From Scyliorhinus canicula (Eukaryota), in assembly GCF_902713615.1 (NCBI RefSeq), contig NC_052149.1:126979256-127043255 (forward strand): a stretch of 64,000 nt of DNA. Direction: 5' to 3'. This document shows positions 63,692-64,000 of the stretch, in pieces; the first letter of the stretch is position 1, and every line of letters begins with the position of its first letter. Under the pieces are notes generated by a model. The model was not told the origin of the DNA. It ran no database searches and worked only from the letters and a program-made list of their open reading frames with translations. A program made the translations under genes and the position numbers.

Positions 63692-63730
63692 CACACTGAC
63701 AGCTTCCAGTGCAGGGGCTGTACAAAAACC
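63692..63730 (+). promoter_or_regulatory. 23-spacer RSS of J2
   Basis: CACACTG + 23 nt + ACAAAAACC; one spacer change versus J1. Confidence 0.95.
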
Positions 63731-64000
63731 TCTGCTCTCTGCTTCACTCACTCACTCTCACCCTCTCTCTGTCTCTCACTCACTACTGTCTTTCTCTCTC
63801 ACTCTTTCTCACTCTCTGTTTCTCTCAATGTCTCTGTGTTTTGTTGGGAGCGTTGAAAATTCTAATTTTAGATGATAAATATTTCAGCTGCTCTTCATAT
63901 GTGGACATGGAGAGTAAGATGGAAACTTGAGGCCTTCAGTGAGCTGTGGACACCACAGGGACTGGAGTGTGCAGTGGACGGTGAGAATAATTTGTTCAGT

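Larger units (their letters stand above)
55378..64000. repeat. Segmental duplication copy 2 (Ig light-chain cluster unit, runs off window)
   Basis: Collinear with 7078-15830. Confidence 0.95.

Overview
Genomic DNA from a cartilaginous fish (shark; the SINE content suggests a catshark-like species, which is inference). The only host genes I can support are two tandem, minus-strand, kappa-type (shark type III / NS4-like) immunoglobulin light-chain clusters. Cluster 1 is complete and not germline-joined: leader 16443-16491, V 15948-16256 with 12-RSS, J 15516-15550 with 23-RSS, C 11031-11359. Cluster 2 contributes C (58517-58845) and J plus 23-RSS (63657-63730); its V should lie just beyond the right edge. 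The clusters sit in a duplicated block (about 7078-15830 vs 55378-64000, offset about 47.5-48.3 kb). The rest is nested transposon debris (L1/Tx1, CR1, L2, Rex1-like, many V-SINE-type SINEs, a hAT with intact TIR/TSD, a full-length Gypsy, Harbinger remnants and MITEs, solo LTRs) plus five minisatellites (23, 28, 36, 54 and about 47 bp). Main leads: a near-identical 700-bp J/intron block between paralogues, a perfect PU.1/IRF composite site beside an E-box, about 30 tandem DR3 nuclear-receptor elements 1 kb upstream of the V promoter, a Gypsy whose PBS position is complementary to its own LTR, and a hairpin satellite with inverted-monomer spacers. No alignments or database searches were run; identities and copy numbers are by-eye estimates.
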